From NCBI GenBank assembly GCA_009692555.1, contig SHYY01000003.1, forward strand, positions 25,937-89,936: 64,000 bases of DNA, read 5' to 3'. How positions within the stretch are numbered: position 1 is the first letter of the stretch; every line of letters begins with the position of its first letter. Shown here piece after piece: positions 30,172 through 39,592 of the stretch. Source of the stretch: Myxococcales bacterium. GTDB taxonomy: Bacteria; Myxococcota_A; Polyangia; Palsa-1104; SHYY01. The position numbers were made by a program, and so were the translations under genes. The notes beneath the pieces were generated by a model. It was given only the letters and a program-made list of their open reading frames with translations, had not been told where the DNA came from and did not search any database.

Positions 30172-30680
30172 GTGGGCACCGAGATCGAAGGCGGGCCCGG
30201 GTAGCCGAGGCCGGCCCAGGTGGAGATGTTGGAGTAGTAGGCCGCGGCGGTGAGCCTGCGGAGCGCGTGGTAGCCCGAGCGGCGGAGGGCGAGGCGGGAG
30301 TCGCGGAAGGCGAGCAGCGCGGCGTCCTGGGCCTCGGGCGGGAGGCGGGTGAAGGGCCGCGGGCGGAGGTCGAGGAGCATGCCGGCGAAGCCGTTCTCGA
30401 GGAGGCGGAGGAGCTTCTTGAAGTCGTCCTGCGACTCGGGGGCGCCGAAGCGGACCGCCTCCTCCACGCGGTGAGCGAGCTCGATCGGATCGGCGTCGGG
30501 CTGCGTCACCACCCGCGCGGCGACTGCGGCGAGCACGGCGAACTCCATCTCGTCGAGCAGCTCGAGCTTGCGGCGCGGCGCGTGCCGGAGGAGCGCCGGC
30601 CACATCCCGAGTCCGACGCTCGACAGCGCGAGCAGGCCGCCGCCGAGCAGGCCCAACCGGAGAAAGCCGCGGCGCCGCAT
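30168..30680 (-). CDS. Gluconate 2-dehydrogenase subunit 3-family small subunit with Tat signal
   Basis: MRRRGFLRLGLLGGG carries a twin-arginine motif. Its size and position upstream of the GMC subunit are typical of three-subunit flavoprotein dehydrogenases. Confidence 0.7.
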   Translation of the reverse strand: MRRRGFLRLGLLGGGLLALSSVGLGMWPALLRHAPRRKLELLDEMEFAVLAAVAARVVTQPDADPIELAHRVEEAVRFGAPESQDDFKKLLRLLENGFAGMLLDLRPRPFTRLPPEAQDAALLAFRDSRLALRRSGYHALRRLTAAAYYSNISTWAGLGYPGPPSISVPT

Positions 30681-30806
30681 CGGGATCACCCTACAAGGCA
30701 GAGGCCGCCATCGCAAGCGCAGGGGCGGAGGCGGAGCCGGAGCGGGAGCGGAGAGGGAGCGGAGAGGGCGCAGGGTGGCGGAGTGCGGCCACGCTGCGGT
30801 GCCGGC

Positions 30807-32492
30807 TCACTGCAGCAGGGCCGTCACGCGAGCGGCGGCGGAGGAGAGGCGGGGATCGCCGAGCTGGGCACGAACCGTGGTCACGAACTCCGATCCGGCG
30901 CCGAGGCGAGCGGCGGCTTCCCGGAGCGTCTGCGCGGCTCCTTCGTCCTGCGGGTTGGCGACGATGGCCTCGACGAGGATGCGCGCCGCGGCAGCCTCGC
31001 TCTTGCGCTCGAGCAGGCCGATCGCCAGGATGCGCGCCGACACGGGATCACCGGGGTGTAGCCGCTGTGCGCGCTCGGCAGCGACGAAGGCTTCGCCGCG
31101 GCGGCCGTTCAGCATGAGAAAATGCGCGGCCTGCGACCACGCGGTGTCGCTCCATGGATCGAGCTGGGCAGCGCGGAGGGCGTGGCCGCCCGCCTGCTCG
31201 GTCCGGCCCGCGGACTGCTCGACGCGGATCAGCAGCAGGTGCCCGGCCGGGTCGGCGGGGTGATCGCGCACCATCGCCGTCGCCAGCCCGCGCTGGTCGT
31301 GCCAGTCGTCGCCGGCGGCGAAGGTCTGAACGGCCAGCAGCCCGATGAGCAGCGCGCCAGCGACGGCGAGCGCGCGGCGGAGCTGCTCGCGGAGGCGGGG
31401 AACGACCCGCTGCTCGACGGCGACCGCCAGCGCCAGCGCGAGCATCGGCGCGGACGGGTAGAGATAGCGCCCCCATCCGATGTACCCGCGCATGTAGGTG
31501 AGCAGAGCGACCGGCGCGGTCACCATCAGGAACGTGGCGATGGCCCACGCCTCGATGCGGCGACCGCGCCAAAAGCAGAGGGCGGCGCAGGCGAGCAGGG
31601 CGAGCACCACCAGGACGCCGGTGATCACGGCGCCCGGCGAGACCGCGCGATAGCGGAACTCGAGGGTCATCGGACTCTCTGCCGCCGGCAGCAGGAGGGC
31701 CATGAGCGCGTCGCCGAGGACGACTGGCAGGCGGCGCAGCGCGTACCCCACGTGCTGGGATCCGTCGGACACACCGCTGTGCCGCAGCGCCCCAACGCGG
31801 AGCGCCGCCCCGAGAACCGCCCCGGCGAGCCACGGTGCGAGCGCGATCACCGCCGGTCGTGCAGGTCCGCGGCGGTGCGGCAGGAGGAGGACGATCGGCG
31901 GGATCAGCACGAACGCCGTCTCCTTGCTCAGCGACGAGAGCAGCACCAGCACGACGACGGGGATCGTCCGCCCGCGCAGCCATGCCAGCAGCGCGCCGAG
32001 GAAGAAAACGACGCACAGCGGGTCCGATCGCCCGTTGACCCAGTAGACCGCCTCTGCGATCGCCGGGTGCGCGGCGAACACCAGGGCGGCGAACAGCGCG
32101 GCGCGCAGCGAGGCACCGAGGGCGCGACCCAAGAGGAGCAGAAGGAGCGCCGCGGTGAGATGGAGGAGGACGCTGTCGACGTGGAACAGCGCGGGCCGCC
32201 GTCCCACCAGGTTCTCCTCGATGAAGAACGTCGCGAGCGGGAGCGGTCGGTAGGTGTCGAGACCTGCCCGCGCATCGAGGCCGACCACGTAGACCGCGTT
32301 GTGCGCGAACAGGGCCACCATCCCGCCCAGGTCGGCCGGGAGGCGGCGATCGACGATCACGCGGTGATCGTCCCACACGAAGCCGGCCCACGGAGCGCGC
32401 GCGTACGACGCCGCGCCGACCAGCACGACGAGAAGCATGGCGATCCGCAGGTCGCGCGCCTGCGCCGGCTGCGGGGCCTTGGGAGGGACCAT
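30807..32492 (-). CDS. TMTC-like GT-C-fold membrane protein with C-terminal TPR repeats
   Basis: 561 aa. There are about 10 TM helices, and the first loop has GFVWDD followed by TYRPL. The C-terminal ~150 aa are TPR-like. Confidence 0.65.
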   Translation of the reverse strand: MVPPKAPQPAQARDLRIAMLLVVLVGAASYARAPWAGFVWDDHRVIVDRRLPADLGGMVALFAHNAVYVVGLDARAGLDTYRPLPLATFFIEENLVGRRPALFHVDSVLLHLTAALLLLLLGRALGASLRAALFAALVFAAHPAIAEAVYWVNGRSDPLCVVFFLGALLAWLRGRTIPVVVLVLLSSLSKETAFVLIPPIVLLLPHRRGPARPAVIALAPWLAGAVLGAALRVGALRHSGVSDGSQHVGYALRRLPVVLGDALMALLLPAAESPMTLEFRYRAVSPGAVITGVLVVLALLACAALCFWRGRRIEAWAIATFLMVTAPVALLTYMRGYIGWGRYLYPSAPMLALALAVAVEQRVVPRLREQLRRALAVAGALLIGLLAVQTFAAGDDWHDQRGLATAMVRDHPADPAGHLLLIRVEQSAGRTEQAGGHALRAAQLDPWSDTAWSQAAHFLMLNGRRGEAFVAAERAQRLHPGDPVSARILAIGLLERKSEAAAARILVEAIVANPQDEGAAQTLREAAARLGAGSEFVTTVRAQLGDPRLSSAAARVTALLQ

Positions 32493-32583
32493 GAGCCCGC
32501 TGACTCTATCACGCGGGAATCGCCCTCTCCGTCGGTGGCGGTCGGTCGATGAGGCTCAGCCGCCTCCGGCGGGTTCTTGAGGC

Positions 32584-34152
32584 TCAGTCCCCTCTCGATC
32601 GGGCGGACAGCGACGAGAGGGCGGCCGCGCAGCGCTCCTGGGCGACCGCGCAGTCTCGATAGAAATGGAGAGCCAGGGCGTGCTCCCCGCGCCCCTCGTA
32701 GCAGCGGCCCGCCGCGAGCGAAAACAGGCCGGGTTGGGCCAGCACGCTCCGGTGAGCCTGCGCGAGACGCACCGCCTCGTCGCAGTGGCCGGTCTGGGCG
32801 CGCGTCACCGCGAGGTAGAGTCCCACCTCGTCAGCGCGCGCACCGAGGGCGAGAGCGCGCTCCAGGCAGCTGGCCGCCTCCTCCGGCCGTCCGGCGTTGA
32901 GCAACGCCACGCCGAGCTGCTGCAGCGGCCACGGCTGCTCGGGCTGCTCGTCGACCATGGTCGTGAACAGACGCAGATCGTTTCGCCACACCGGGATCGT
33001 CCGCTCCGTCTGGAGGACGAGCGCAGCGATGGCGAGTGCCCATGCGGCGGTCCGCCTGCGCGACGACAGATGGACCGCGATCCCGCCGTGGATCGCCAGC
33101 GCCAGCCCCGGCATCCCGACGTAGAGCCAGCGGGAGAAGCCGGGCCAGTCCAGCAGCGCCAGCGCCGCGACGGGAAAAAGCGCCATGAGCCACCAGGAGA
33201 GGCCCAGCACTACCAGGAACTTCCCGCGCCTTGCGTAGAGCCCGCCGAGGGCCAGCAGCGCCGAGACGGCCACGACGTCGGCCACGCGCTCCACGGTGGA
33301 GAGCGCGCGTAGCCACGGTCCGACGAGCCCGATCGATCGATCGAGGGGGAAGATCGCCGCCTCCAGCGAATGCACCCACACCGCTGGCAGCGCGGCCAGG
33401 AGCGTGAGCCAGCGATCGGAGGAGAGCGCCGTTCCACCGTCGAGTGCGTGGTGTCGCAGCAGGGCGTAGGCGGCCACCGCCCCGGCGGCACCCAGGGCCG
33501 CGGGCAGGGCGCGGCGGATGGCAAGGCCGGGACCCGTCCCGGTTGGGTCGCGCGCGGCGACGAGGAGGACCAGCGGCACGAACACCACGCCGGTCTCCTT
33601 TCCGAGCATCGCCAGGAGCAGCAACAGGCCGATCGCCAGGGAGCGCAGACCGCGCGCCTTCCTTCCCGCCGTGAGCATCGCGGCCGCTCCGAAGAGCAGC
33701 GCGAACAGCTCCGAGCGCCCGTTGATCCAGACCGCGGCCTCGACCACCGTCGGATGAAGGCCGCAAAGCAGCGCGAGGGCGAAGGCCTGCCGCTGGCTGC
33801 CGGTGAGGCGGCACAGGAGCGCGAATACCGCGAGCTGCGCCAGCAGGTGGAGCACCAGGCTGGTCAGGTGGTAGCCGGCGGGGTTCATCCCCCACATCTG
33901 GTGATCCAGCACGAAGCTGGCGAGCGCGAGCGGGCGGTAGGTGCCGAGCCCCTGCTGGGGCAGCTCGGCCGACCACATCGCCGGGCGACGGAAGACCTCG
34001 AACGCGGCGCTCCAGTGGTGCAGCCGCGGGCTGATCACCAGGTTGTTCAGGTCGTCCCACGCGAAACCGTTCCACAGCGCCGGCAGCAGCGCCGCTGCGA
34101 GGAGCAGGAGCAGCAGACCGCCCAGCTTTTGCGCCTTGGTGGGAGCGATCAT
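32584..34152 (-). CDS. TMTC-like GT-C-fold membrane protein with C-terminal TPR repeats (paralog)
   Basis: 522 aa with GFAWDD...TYRPLALASF in the first loop. It is multi-TM with a C-terminal TPR-like region. Confidence 0.65.
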   Translation of the reverse strand: MIAPTKAQKLGGLLLLLLAAALLPALWNGFAWDDLNNLVISPRLHHWSAAFEVFRRPAMWSAELPQQGLGTYRPLALASFVLDHQMWGMNPAGYHLTSLVLHLLAQLAVFALLCRLTGSQRQAFALALLCGLHPTVVEAAVWINGRSELFALLFGAAAMLTAGRKARGLRSLAIGLLLLLAMLGKETGVVFVPLVLLVAARDPTGTGPGLAIRRALPAALGAAGAVAAYALLRHHALDGGTALSSDRWLTLLAALPAVWVHSLEAAIFPLDRSIGLVGPWLRALSTVERVADVVAVSALLALGGLYARRGKFLVVLGLSWWLMALFPVAALALLDWPGFSRWLYVGMPGLALAIHGGIAVHLSSRRRTAAWALAIAALVLQTERTIPVWRNDLRLFTTMVDEQPEQPWPLQQLGVALLNAGRPEEAASCLERALALGARADEVGLYLAVTRAQTGHCDEAVRLAQAHRSVLAQPGLFSLAAGRCYEGRGEHALALHFYRDCAVAQERCAAALSSLSARSRGD

Positions 34153-34174
34153 CGCGCGCCGGTCGTGGGCCCGC

Positions 34175-36127
34175 TCACGGGCCGATGGCGTCGAGCAGGC
34201 TCTTCACCTGGCGGTCGGCCCGCTGCGACGTTGGAGAGCCGTCGAGGGAGTTCAGGTTCTCCTGCGCGAGATCCGACTTGAGGGCGAACGCGACGCGGTG
34301 CAGCTCCGCGACCAGGCGGCGCGCTCCCTGCTGCGGACTCTCGCCGGGCTCGGGCTTCACCGTCGCGCACTGGATGACCTCGTGGCTCGCCCCGAGGAGG
34401 CAGGCGCTCGGCTGGGCGCCGCTCGCGAGCACGATTCCGAAGCGCCCACCGTCGGTGCGGAAGCGGGGCGAGGCCTCGATCAGCGCGGCCGCCGCACCCT
34501 GCAGCTCACCGCCCGTGCTCTCGACGCGCACCGGCAGCCGGATGCCGAGGCGGCGAAACACGCCGGGGTCCTGCTGCAGCGCGATCGCGAAGCGCGCCGA
34601 GGAGGTGGCCTCGTCGCCGCGCCGCCGCGCCGCCTCGCCGGCGATCGCGGCGATTCGCCCGCGCAGGAGCGCCTCGGCGTGAGGCAGCGTGGCCAGCGCG
34701 CGATCGGCCAGGGAGAGCGCGCGATCGTCGTCGCCGCGCGCGAAGTGGGCCTCGGCCTCGAAAGCATCGAAGAACGCCGCCGCTCCAGGCAGCGATTCGG
34801 CCGCGCGCGCGCGCGCCAGCGCCTGGAGCGCCACGCCGGACCCGACCGTCGCGACCACCTCGCTGCACAGCCACGGTGGGACATCGATCCCGCCGACGTA
34901 GTAGGGCCGGAGCGAGCGCTCGAGGAAATCCTGGTCGGCCAGCATGACCGCCGCGCGCCGCCGTTCGCGCCACGACGCCACGCGCTCCGCCAGCGCCCGC
35001 GCCCGCAGGTTCAGCCCGGCGGCCAGCGTCGCCACCGCGGCCTCCTCGCGGTGCCGCTCCGACAGCTCGCGCAGCGCCACCGACAGGCCCAGCGCCGCCG
35101 CCGCCCGCGCCTGCCGCTCGGTCCCCGAGGTGACGCCCATCCGATCCGGGCGGTCGACGGCGCGCCGCGCGATCTGCGCCGCCCGCTCGGTGAGACCGGC
35201 GACGAGCAGGAGCTGCGCGAGCGTCTGGTCGAGCCGCGCCTGCCCGTGCTGGTCGAGCCACGCCGCGCGGCGGAGGCGCAGCTCCTGGCCGCCCTTCAGC
35301 GCGCCCACGGCCTCGGGGATGCGCCCCTCGGAGACCAGCAGCATCCCGAGGTGCTGGTAGGGGTTGCCCCAGGAGTCCGGCACCGCGCGCTTGGTGGCCT
35401 CGCCGAGGAACCGCTCCGCCTCGTCGTACTTCAGCACCGACAGGGCCGCCTCGGAGGCGTTGGAGAACTCGACCATCCCGCCGTGGTCGACCAGGCGATG
35501 CTCGGTGAGCGCGTCGGTGCAGGCCCGGTAGGCCCGCTCGCGGCTGCCCGCCTCGCACTCGGCCGCGCAGAGGTCCGAGCGCGCGATCACCTTCTGCTCG
35601 CGGATCCCCGTTGCCACCGCCGCCCGGGCCGCCTGGCGCGCCTCCTCGTAGCGGCGCAGCTTCATGAGCGGCCACACGCGCTGGGCCAGCCGCTTCGGCT
35701 CGTAGAGCTGGTCGAAGGTGTCGAACAGCACCACCTCCTCGGCGGCCCGGTCCATCTCGCCGTAGGTGTAGGCGAGCTCCTTCAGCGCCGCCTCGTGCCA
35801 GCGCCACGGGCGCGCCGCCTGGGGCACGCCGGCGAAGCGCGCGTCGTACGCGCGGATCGCGAGGTCGAGGTGGAAGGCGGCCCGCGCGAGGTCGCCCTCG
35901 CCGTAGTGCATCGCCATGCCGAAGACGTAGTGCCCGGCGAAGGCGTCGGGGCGCTCGCGCAGCAGCTTGCGGCCGATCTCGCCGGCGCCGATCCACTTTC
36001 CATCTTCGCAGGCGGCAAAGCCCGCCAGCTCGTCGGGGGTCCCCGAGAGCGCGTCGGCGCGCGAAGGCTCGGCCGCCGCCCGCCCGCACAGCGCCGCGAG
36101 GAGCGCCAGGGTGCCTGCCCGCCTCAT
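34175..36127 (-). CDS. Secreted helical-repeat (TPR-like) protein, function unknown
   Basis: The start is set at MRRAGTLALLAALCGRAAA (signal peptide), whose ATG overlaps the MoxR stop (ATGA). The body is Ala/Arg/Leu-rich and helical. Confidence 0.55.
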   Translation of the reverse strand: MRRAGTLALLAALCGRAAAEPSRADALSGTPDELAGFAACEDGKWIGAGEIGRKLLRERPDAFAGHYVFGMAMHYGEGDLARAAFHLDLAIRAYDARFAGVPQAARPWRWHEAALKELAYTYGEMDRAAEEVVLFDTFDQLYEPKRLAQRVWPLMKLRRYEEARQAARAAVATGIREQKVIARSDLCAAECEAGSRERAYRACTDALTEHRLVDHGGMVEFSNASEAALSVLKYDEAERFLGEATKRAVPDSWGNPYQHLGMLLVSEGRIPEAVGALKGGQELRLRRAAWLDQHGQARLDQTLAQLLLVAGLTERAAQIARRAVDRPDRMGVTSGTERQARAAAALGLSVALRELSERHREEAAVATLAAGLNLRARALAERVASWRERRRAAVMLADQDFLERSLRPYYVGGIDVPPWLCSEVVATVGSGVALQALARARAAESLPGAAAFFDAFEAEAHFARGDDDRALSLADRALATLPHAEALLRGRIAAIAGEAARRRGDEATSSARFAIALQQDPGVFRRLGIRLPVRVESTGGELQGAAAALIEASPRFRTDGGRFGIVLASGAQPSACLLGASHEVIQCATVKPEPGESPQQGARRLVAELHRVAFALKSDLAQENLNSLDGSPTSQRADRQVKSLLDAIGP

Positions 36128-37113
36128 CCCGCGGCCCGCTGGAGCGAGAGCCGCGCCATGCGCTCGAGCAGCGGAGCTCCGCACTCGCGGATCACCGGCG
36201 CGGCGTCTTCCACCCCGGGCGCGAGCTCGAGGCGGTGTCCGAAGATCGGGCCGAGCAGCGCATCGACGTCGTCGGGGGCGACGTGATCCCGGCCGCGGAT
36301 CATCGCGCGCGCCTGGAGCGCCGGCAGCGCCATCACCAGCGAGCGCGTCGACGCGCCTTGCAGCACCCGGCGATCGGCGCGCAGGGCCCGCGCGATGTCG
36401 ACCAGCGCCTCGTGCACCGCCGGCGTCACGTGAACCAGCTCGTGGCAGGCGTGGCGCGCTGCCACCACCTCGGCCCGGCCCACCCGCGGCAGCGACTCGG
36501 GCACTCCGCTCCGACGCTCCTTCGCGGTGAGGAGCACGTCGAGCTCGGCCTCGCGCGACACGTCCTGCATGCGGATCTTGAAGAGGAAGCGGTCGAGCTG
36601 GGCGACCGGGAGGGGGTAGGTGCCGGCGAGATCGAGCGGGTTCTGGGTCGCCACCACGAAGAACAGCGCGTCGAGCTTGTGGGTGGTGTTGTCCACGGTG
36701 ACCTGCTTCTCCGCCATCGCCTCGAGCAGCGCCGACTGCACCTTCGGCGAGGTGCGGTTGATCTCGTCGGCGAGCACGACGTAGGCGAACACCGGGCCGC
36801 GCCGGAAGGAGAAGGCGGTGGTCGCCGCGTCGAACACCGTCACGCCGGTGACGTCCGACGGCAGGAGATCGGGGGTGAACTGGATGCGCCGGAACCCGGG
36901 GATGTCGTCGTCGGGCTGGTCGTCGATGATCGAGTCGCCGAGGGTCTTGGCGAGCAGCGTCTTGCCCGATCCGGGGTAGTCCTCGAGCAGCACGTGCCCG
37001 TCGGCGAGCAGGGCGATCAGCACCAGCTCGATCACGTCGTCGCGCCCCTTGACGGCGGCGGCGAGGCGAGCGCGCAGGCGGAGGACAACCTGCTGTGCGG
37101 CGGCGAGATCCAT
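36124..37113 (-). CDS. MoxR-family AAA+ ATPase
   Basis: 329 aa with HVLLEDYPGSGKT (Walker A), VVLADEINR (Walker B) and the FFVVATQNP motif. Confidence 0.9.
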   Translation of the reverse strand: MDLAAAQQVVLRLRARLAAAVKGRDDVIELVLIALLADGHVLLEDYPGSGKTLLAKTLGDSIIDDQPDDDIPGFRRIQFTPDLLPSDVTGVTVFDAATTAFSFRRGPVFAYVVLADEINRTSPKVQSALLEAMAEKQVTVDNTTHKLDALFFVVATQNPLDLAGTYPLPVAQLDRFLFKIRMQDVSREAELDVLLTAKERRSGVPESLPRVGRAEVVAARHACHELVHVTPAVHEALVDIARALRADRRVLQGASTRSLVMALPALQARAMIRGRDHVAPDDVDALLGPIFGHRLELAPGVEDAAPVIRECGAPLLERMARLSLQRAAG

Positions 37114-37366
37114 GGGGCGGTCTTCTACTTTCGCTCGCGCGGCGGGCCGCGACGAGAGGCTAGAGCATCGACCAGTTTACCCGGACCGAGCCCGCCGAGG
37201 GCCATTTCGGGTCCGGCGAGGCGCGAGGAGGGAGCAGGCTGGCGGCCTGTGACCGACGAGCAACGAAGTCGGGCGCGAAATGGGACCGGCCGGCGACGGG
37301 AGCGGTAGACTGATCGGTGCTCCAGGGGCGGGGCGGGAGCCAGGCCCGATTGTACGACGGCGGCGA

Positions 37367-39571
37367 TCATCGCGTCCGCAGCCATGACGTCGGATCGAGC
37401 GCGCCGAGCAGCCGCAGCCAGAAGGGCGCCGCCTGCCTCGCCTCGCGGGTCGAGGTCCTGGCGAGCCGCAACATCTCCTCGGGCGGCGCCAGAAGGGTCG
37501 AGCCGAAGGCGCGACCGATGTGCTCGCGGGTCAGCTCGCCGAGCGCCGGGGCGACCGCCCCGAGCCGCGCCGCGAACCGCTCGCGTGTCTCGCCCGGGGC
37601 GCGCCGCCAGCCCAGCTCGGCGAGCCGATCGAGCGCCGCGCGATAGGCGACGCGGTGGACATGGCGGGTGCCCGCCAGCGACGGTACGGCGAGCCGCCAC
37701 AGCTTCACCGCGTAGAGCAGCGCGAGCAGCCCGAGCAGCCCGAGCGCGGCCCACCGGCCGATCCGGCCGAGATCGAGGCCGCTCCCGGGGCGCGGCGGGA
37801 GCTTGCCCGCCCTCGGATCGCCGCGCGCCAGCTCGCCGAGCATCCGCTGGAGGTCGGGATCGGGAGGGGTGTCCGGGGGATCGAGCGAGCGCTCGGGCGC
37901 CACGTCGACGATGATCCAGCCGAAGCCGTCGAGGTACAGCTCCGCCCAGGCGTGCGCGTCCTTCTGGCGCAGCAGCAGCGTCGAGCCGGAGCCGCGCCGC
38001 CCCTCGTCGGCGACGTAGCCGGCGGCGATCCGCGTCGGGAGCCCGCGGGCGCGCAGGAGGAAGGCCGCGGCGTGGGAGAAGTGCACGCAGTAGCCGGTGC
38101 GGTCGCCGAACAGGAAGTCGGCGGTGGGATCGCCGGCGCCGGCGTGCTGCGAGCGGGTGCTGTAGATGCCGTTCTTGCCCAGCCACGACGAGATCGCGAT
38201 CGCCTGGGCGAACGGGTCGTTGCGATGCTCCGGGCGCAGCGTGGTCTGCACGATCCGGTCGGCCAGCTCGCGGTAGCGCGGATCGTCGGGCAGGCCGGTG
38301 TAGGCCGCGGCGGCGCCGGCGGTCCAGCGGGACGAGCGGCGGCCGAGGAGATCCTCGTAGCGCAGCGCCAGCGACGAGGAGGTGACGTCGTACAGGCGCT
38401 GGAACCGGCCCGCGTCCGGTGAATCGCGGGGCACGAACTCGGTCGGCGACTCGAGGCCGAACGGGCGTGCGTGCTCGGCCAGGAGCGCGACGGTGGTGTG
38501 GACGACCGTCCGCTCGCGGCTCTCACCGCCCTCGGGCGCATCGGGGACGGCGATCCGACCGGTCGGGAACTCGGTGAGGATGTCGCGATCGATGTCGTCG
38601 CGCGTGCGGGCGACGAGGCGCCGGCCGTTGTACTGGCTGAAGGCGGTCTGGCGGAAGTAGTAGTAGCCGAGCGGCGGCGAGTAGTCGTCGTGCAGGATCA
38701 CCACGGCGACCGGGGAGTCCTGCGACTTCGACGAGTAGTCGTCCTGGAATTCGAGCTGCGTGAGCTGGTCGCCGCCGCGTGCAGCACCGCGCTCGCCGCC
38801 TCCGTTCCGGGCGCCCTTCACCCGCGCCTCGCTCTCCTTTGCGCCCTGCCCGATGCCGCCTCCCCGCGGGTGCGGCGGTCCGAGGACGCGAAACAGGAGC
38901 AGCAGCAGGGCGGCGAGCACCGCCGCCGACCCGAGGTGCAGGAGCACGCGCCCCCCGCGGCCGCGTCGCTCCCGGAGCAGCGCCAGCACGAGCAGGACCA
39001 GCGTCCCAGCGCCGAAGGCGAGCAGCAGGTGCTGCGGATCCCGGCCGGTCGAGAGCGCCCAGTCGGAGAGCCAGCGCGGATGATTGATCGCCCCGTCGCG
39101 GTGGGCCGCGGTGACGCCCGCCAGCGCCAGCGCGACCGCGATCAGCTCCCCGACGGCGAACACCGGATAGCGCACCGCCGTGGTGCGCAGGACCAGCACC
39201 GCGCCCATCCCGAGCACGCCGTAGCGGACCAGATCGGCGCCCTCCAGTGCGACGCGTGGACCGATCCAGGCGGCCGCGTTGCCGTCGACCAGCCAGCCCG
39301 CCACGAGGATTCCGAGCCAGCTCGCGATCAGGGAGCCGGCCCACACCACGAACAGGCGGACCCGGCTCCGGGCGAGCCGACCCGCCGCCAGCGCCGCGAG
39401 CACGGTTCCAACCACCGCGCCGAGCCATCCCGCCGTCAGCGCGATATCGAGCACTGCCGCGCCCGCCGCCGCCGCGAACACCAGCGTCCGCACGGCAGCG
39501 ACGAGCCGGGACTCGGGCGCGGGGTCGATTTGCGCGATCACTTCATCCCCGCGGCGGCGCGACCCATCCAC
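37367..39571 (-). CDS. Transglutaminase-like membrane protein (TgpA-like: N-terminal TMs + transglutaminase core + DUF4129-like tail)
   Basis: GDRTGYCVHFSHAAAFLLRARGLPTRIAAGY...DAHAWAELYLDGFGWIIVD supplies the Cys-His-Asp core. It has about 6 N-terminal TM helices and a late TM. Confidence 0.85.
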   Translation of the reverse strand: MDGSRRRGDEVIAQIDPAPESRLVAAVRTLVFAAAAGAAVLDIALTAGWLGAVVGTVLAALAAGRLARSRVRLFVVWAGSLIASWLGILVAGWLVDGNAAAWIGPRVALEGADLVRYGVLGMGAVLVLRTTAVRYPVFAVGELIAVALALAGVTAAHRDGAINHPRWLSDWALSTGRDPQHLLLAFGAGTLVLLVLALLRERRGRGGRVLLHLGSAAVLAALLLLLFRVLGPPHPRGGGIGQGAKESEARVKGARNGGGERGAARGGDQLTQLEFQDDYSSKSQDSPVAVVILHDDYSPPLGYYYFRQTAFSQYNGRRLVARTRDDIDRDILTEFPTGRIAVPDAPEGGESRERTVVHTTVALLAEHARPFGLESPTEFVPRDSPDAGRFQRLYDVTSSSLALRYEDLLGRRSSRWTAGAAAAYTGLPDDPRYRELADRIVQTTLRPEHRNDPFAQAIAISSWLGKNGIYSTRSQHAGAGDPTADFLFGDRTGYCVHFSHAAAFLLRARGLPTRIAAGYVADEGRRGSGSTLLLRQKDAHAWAELYLDGFGWIIVDVAPERSLDPPDTPPDPDLQRMLGELARGDPRAGKLPPRPGSGLDLGRIGRWAALGLLGLLALLYAVKLWRLAVPSLAGTRHVHRVAYRAALDRLAELGWRRAPGETRERFAARLGAVAPALGELTREHIGRAFGSTLLAPPEEMLRLARTSTREARQAAPFWLRLLGALDPTSWLRTR

Positions 39572-39592
39572 GCAGGGTAGCGCATGCGCCGC

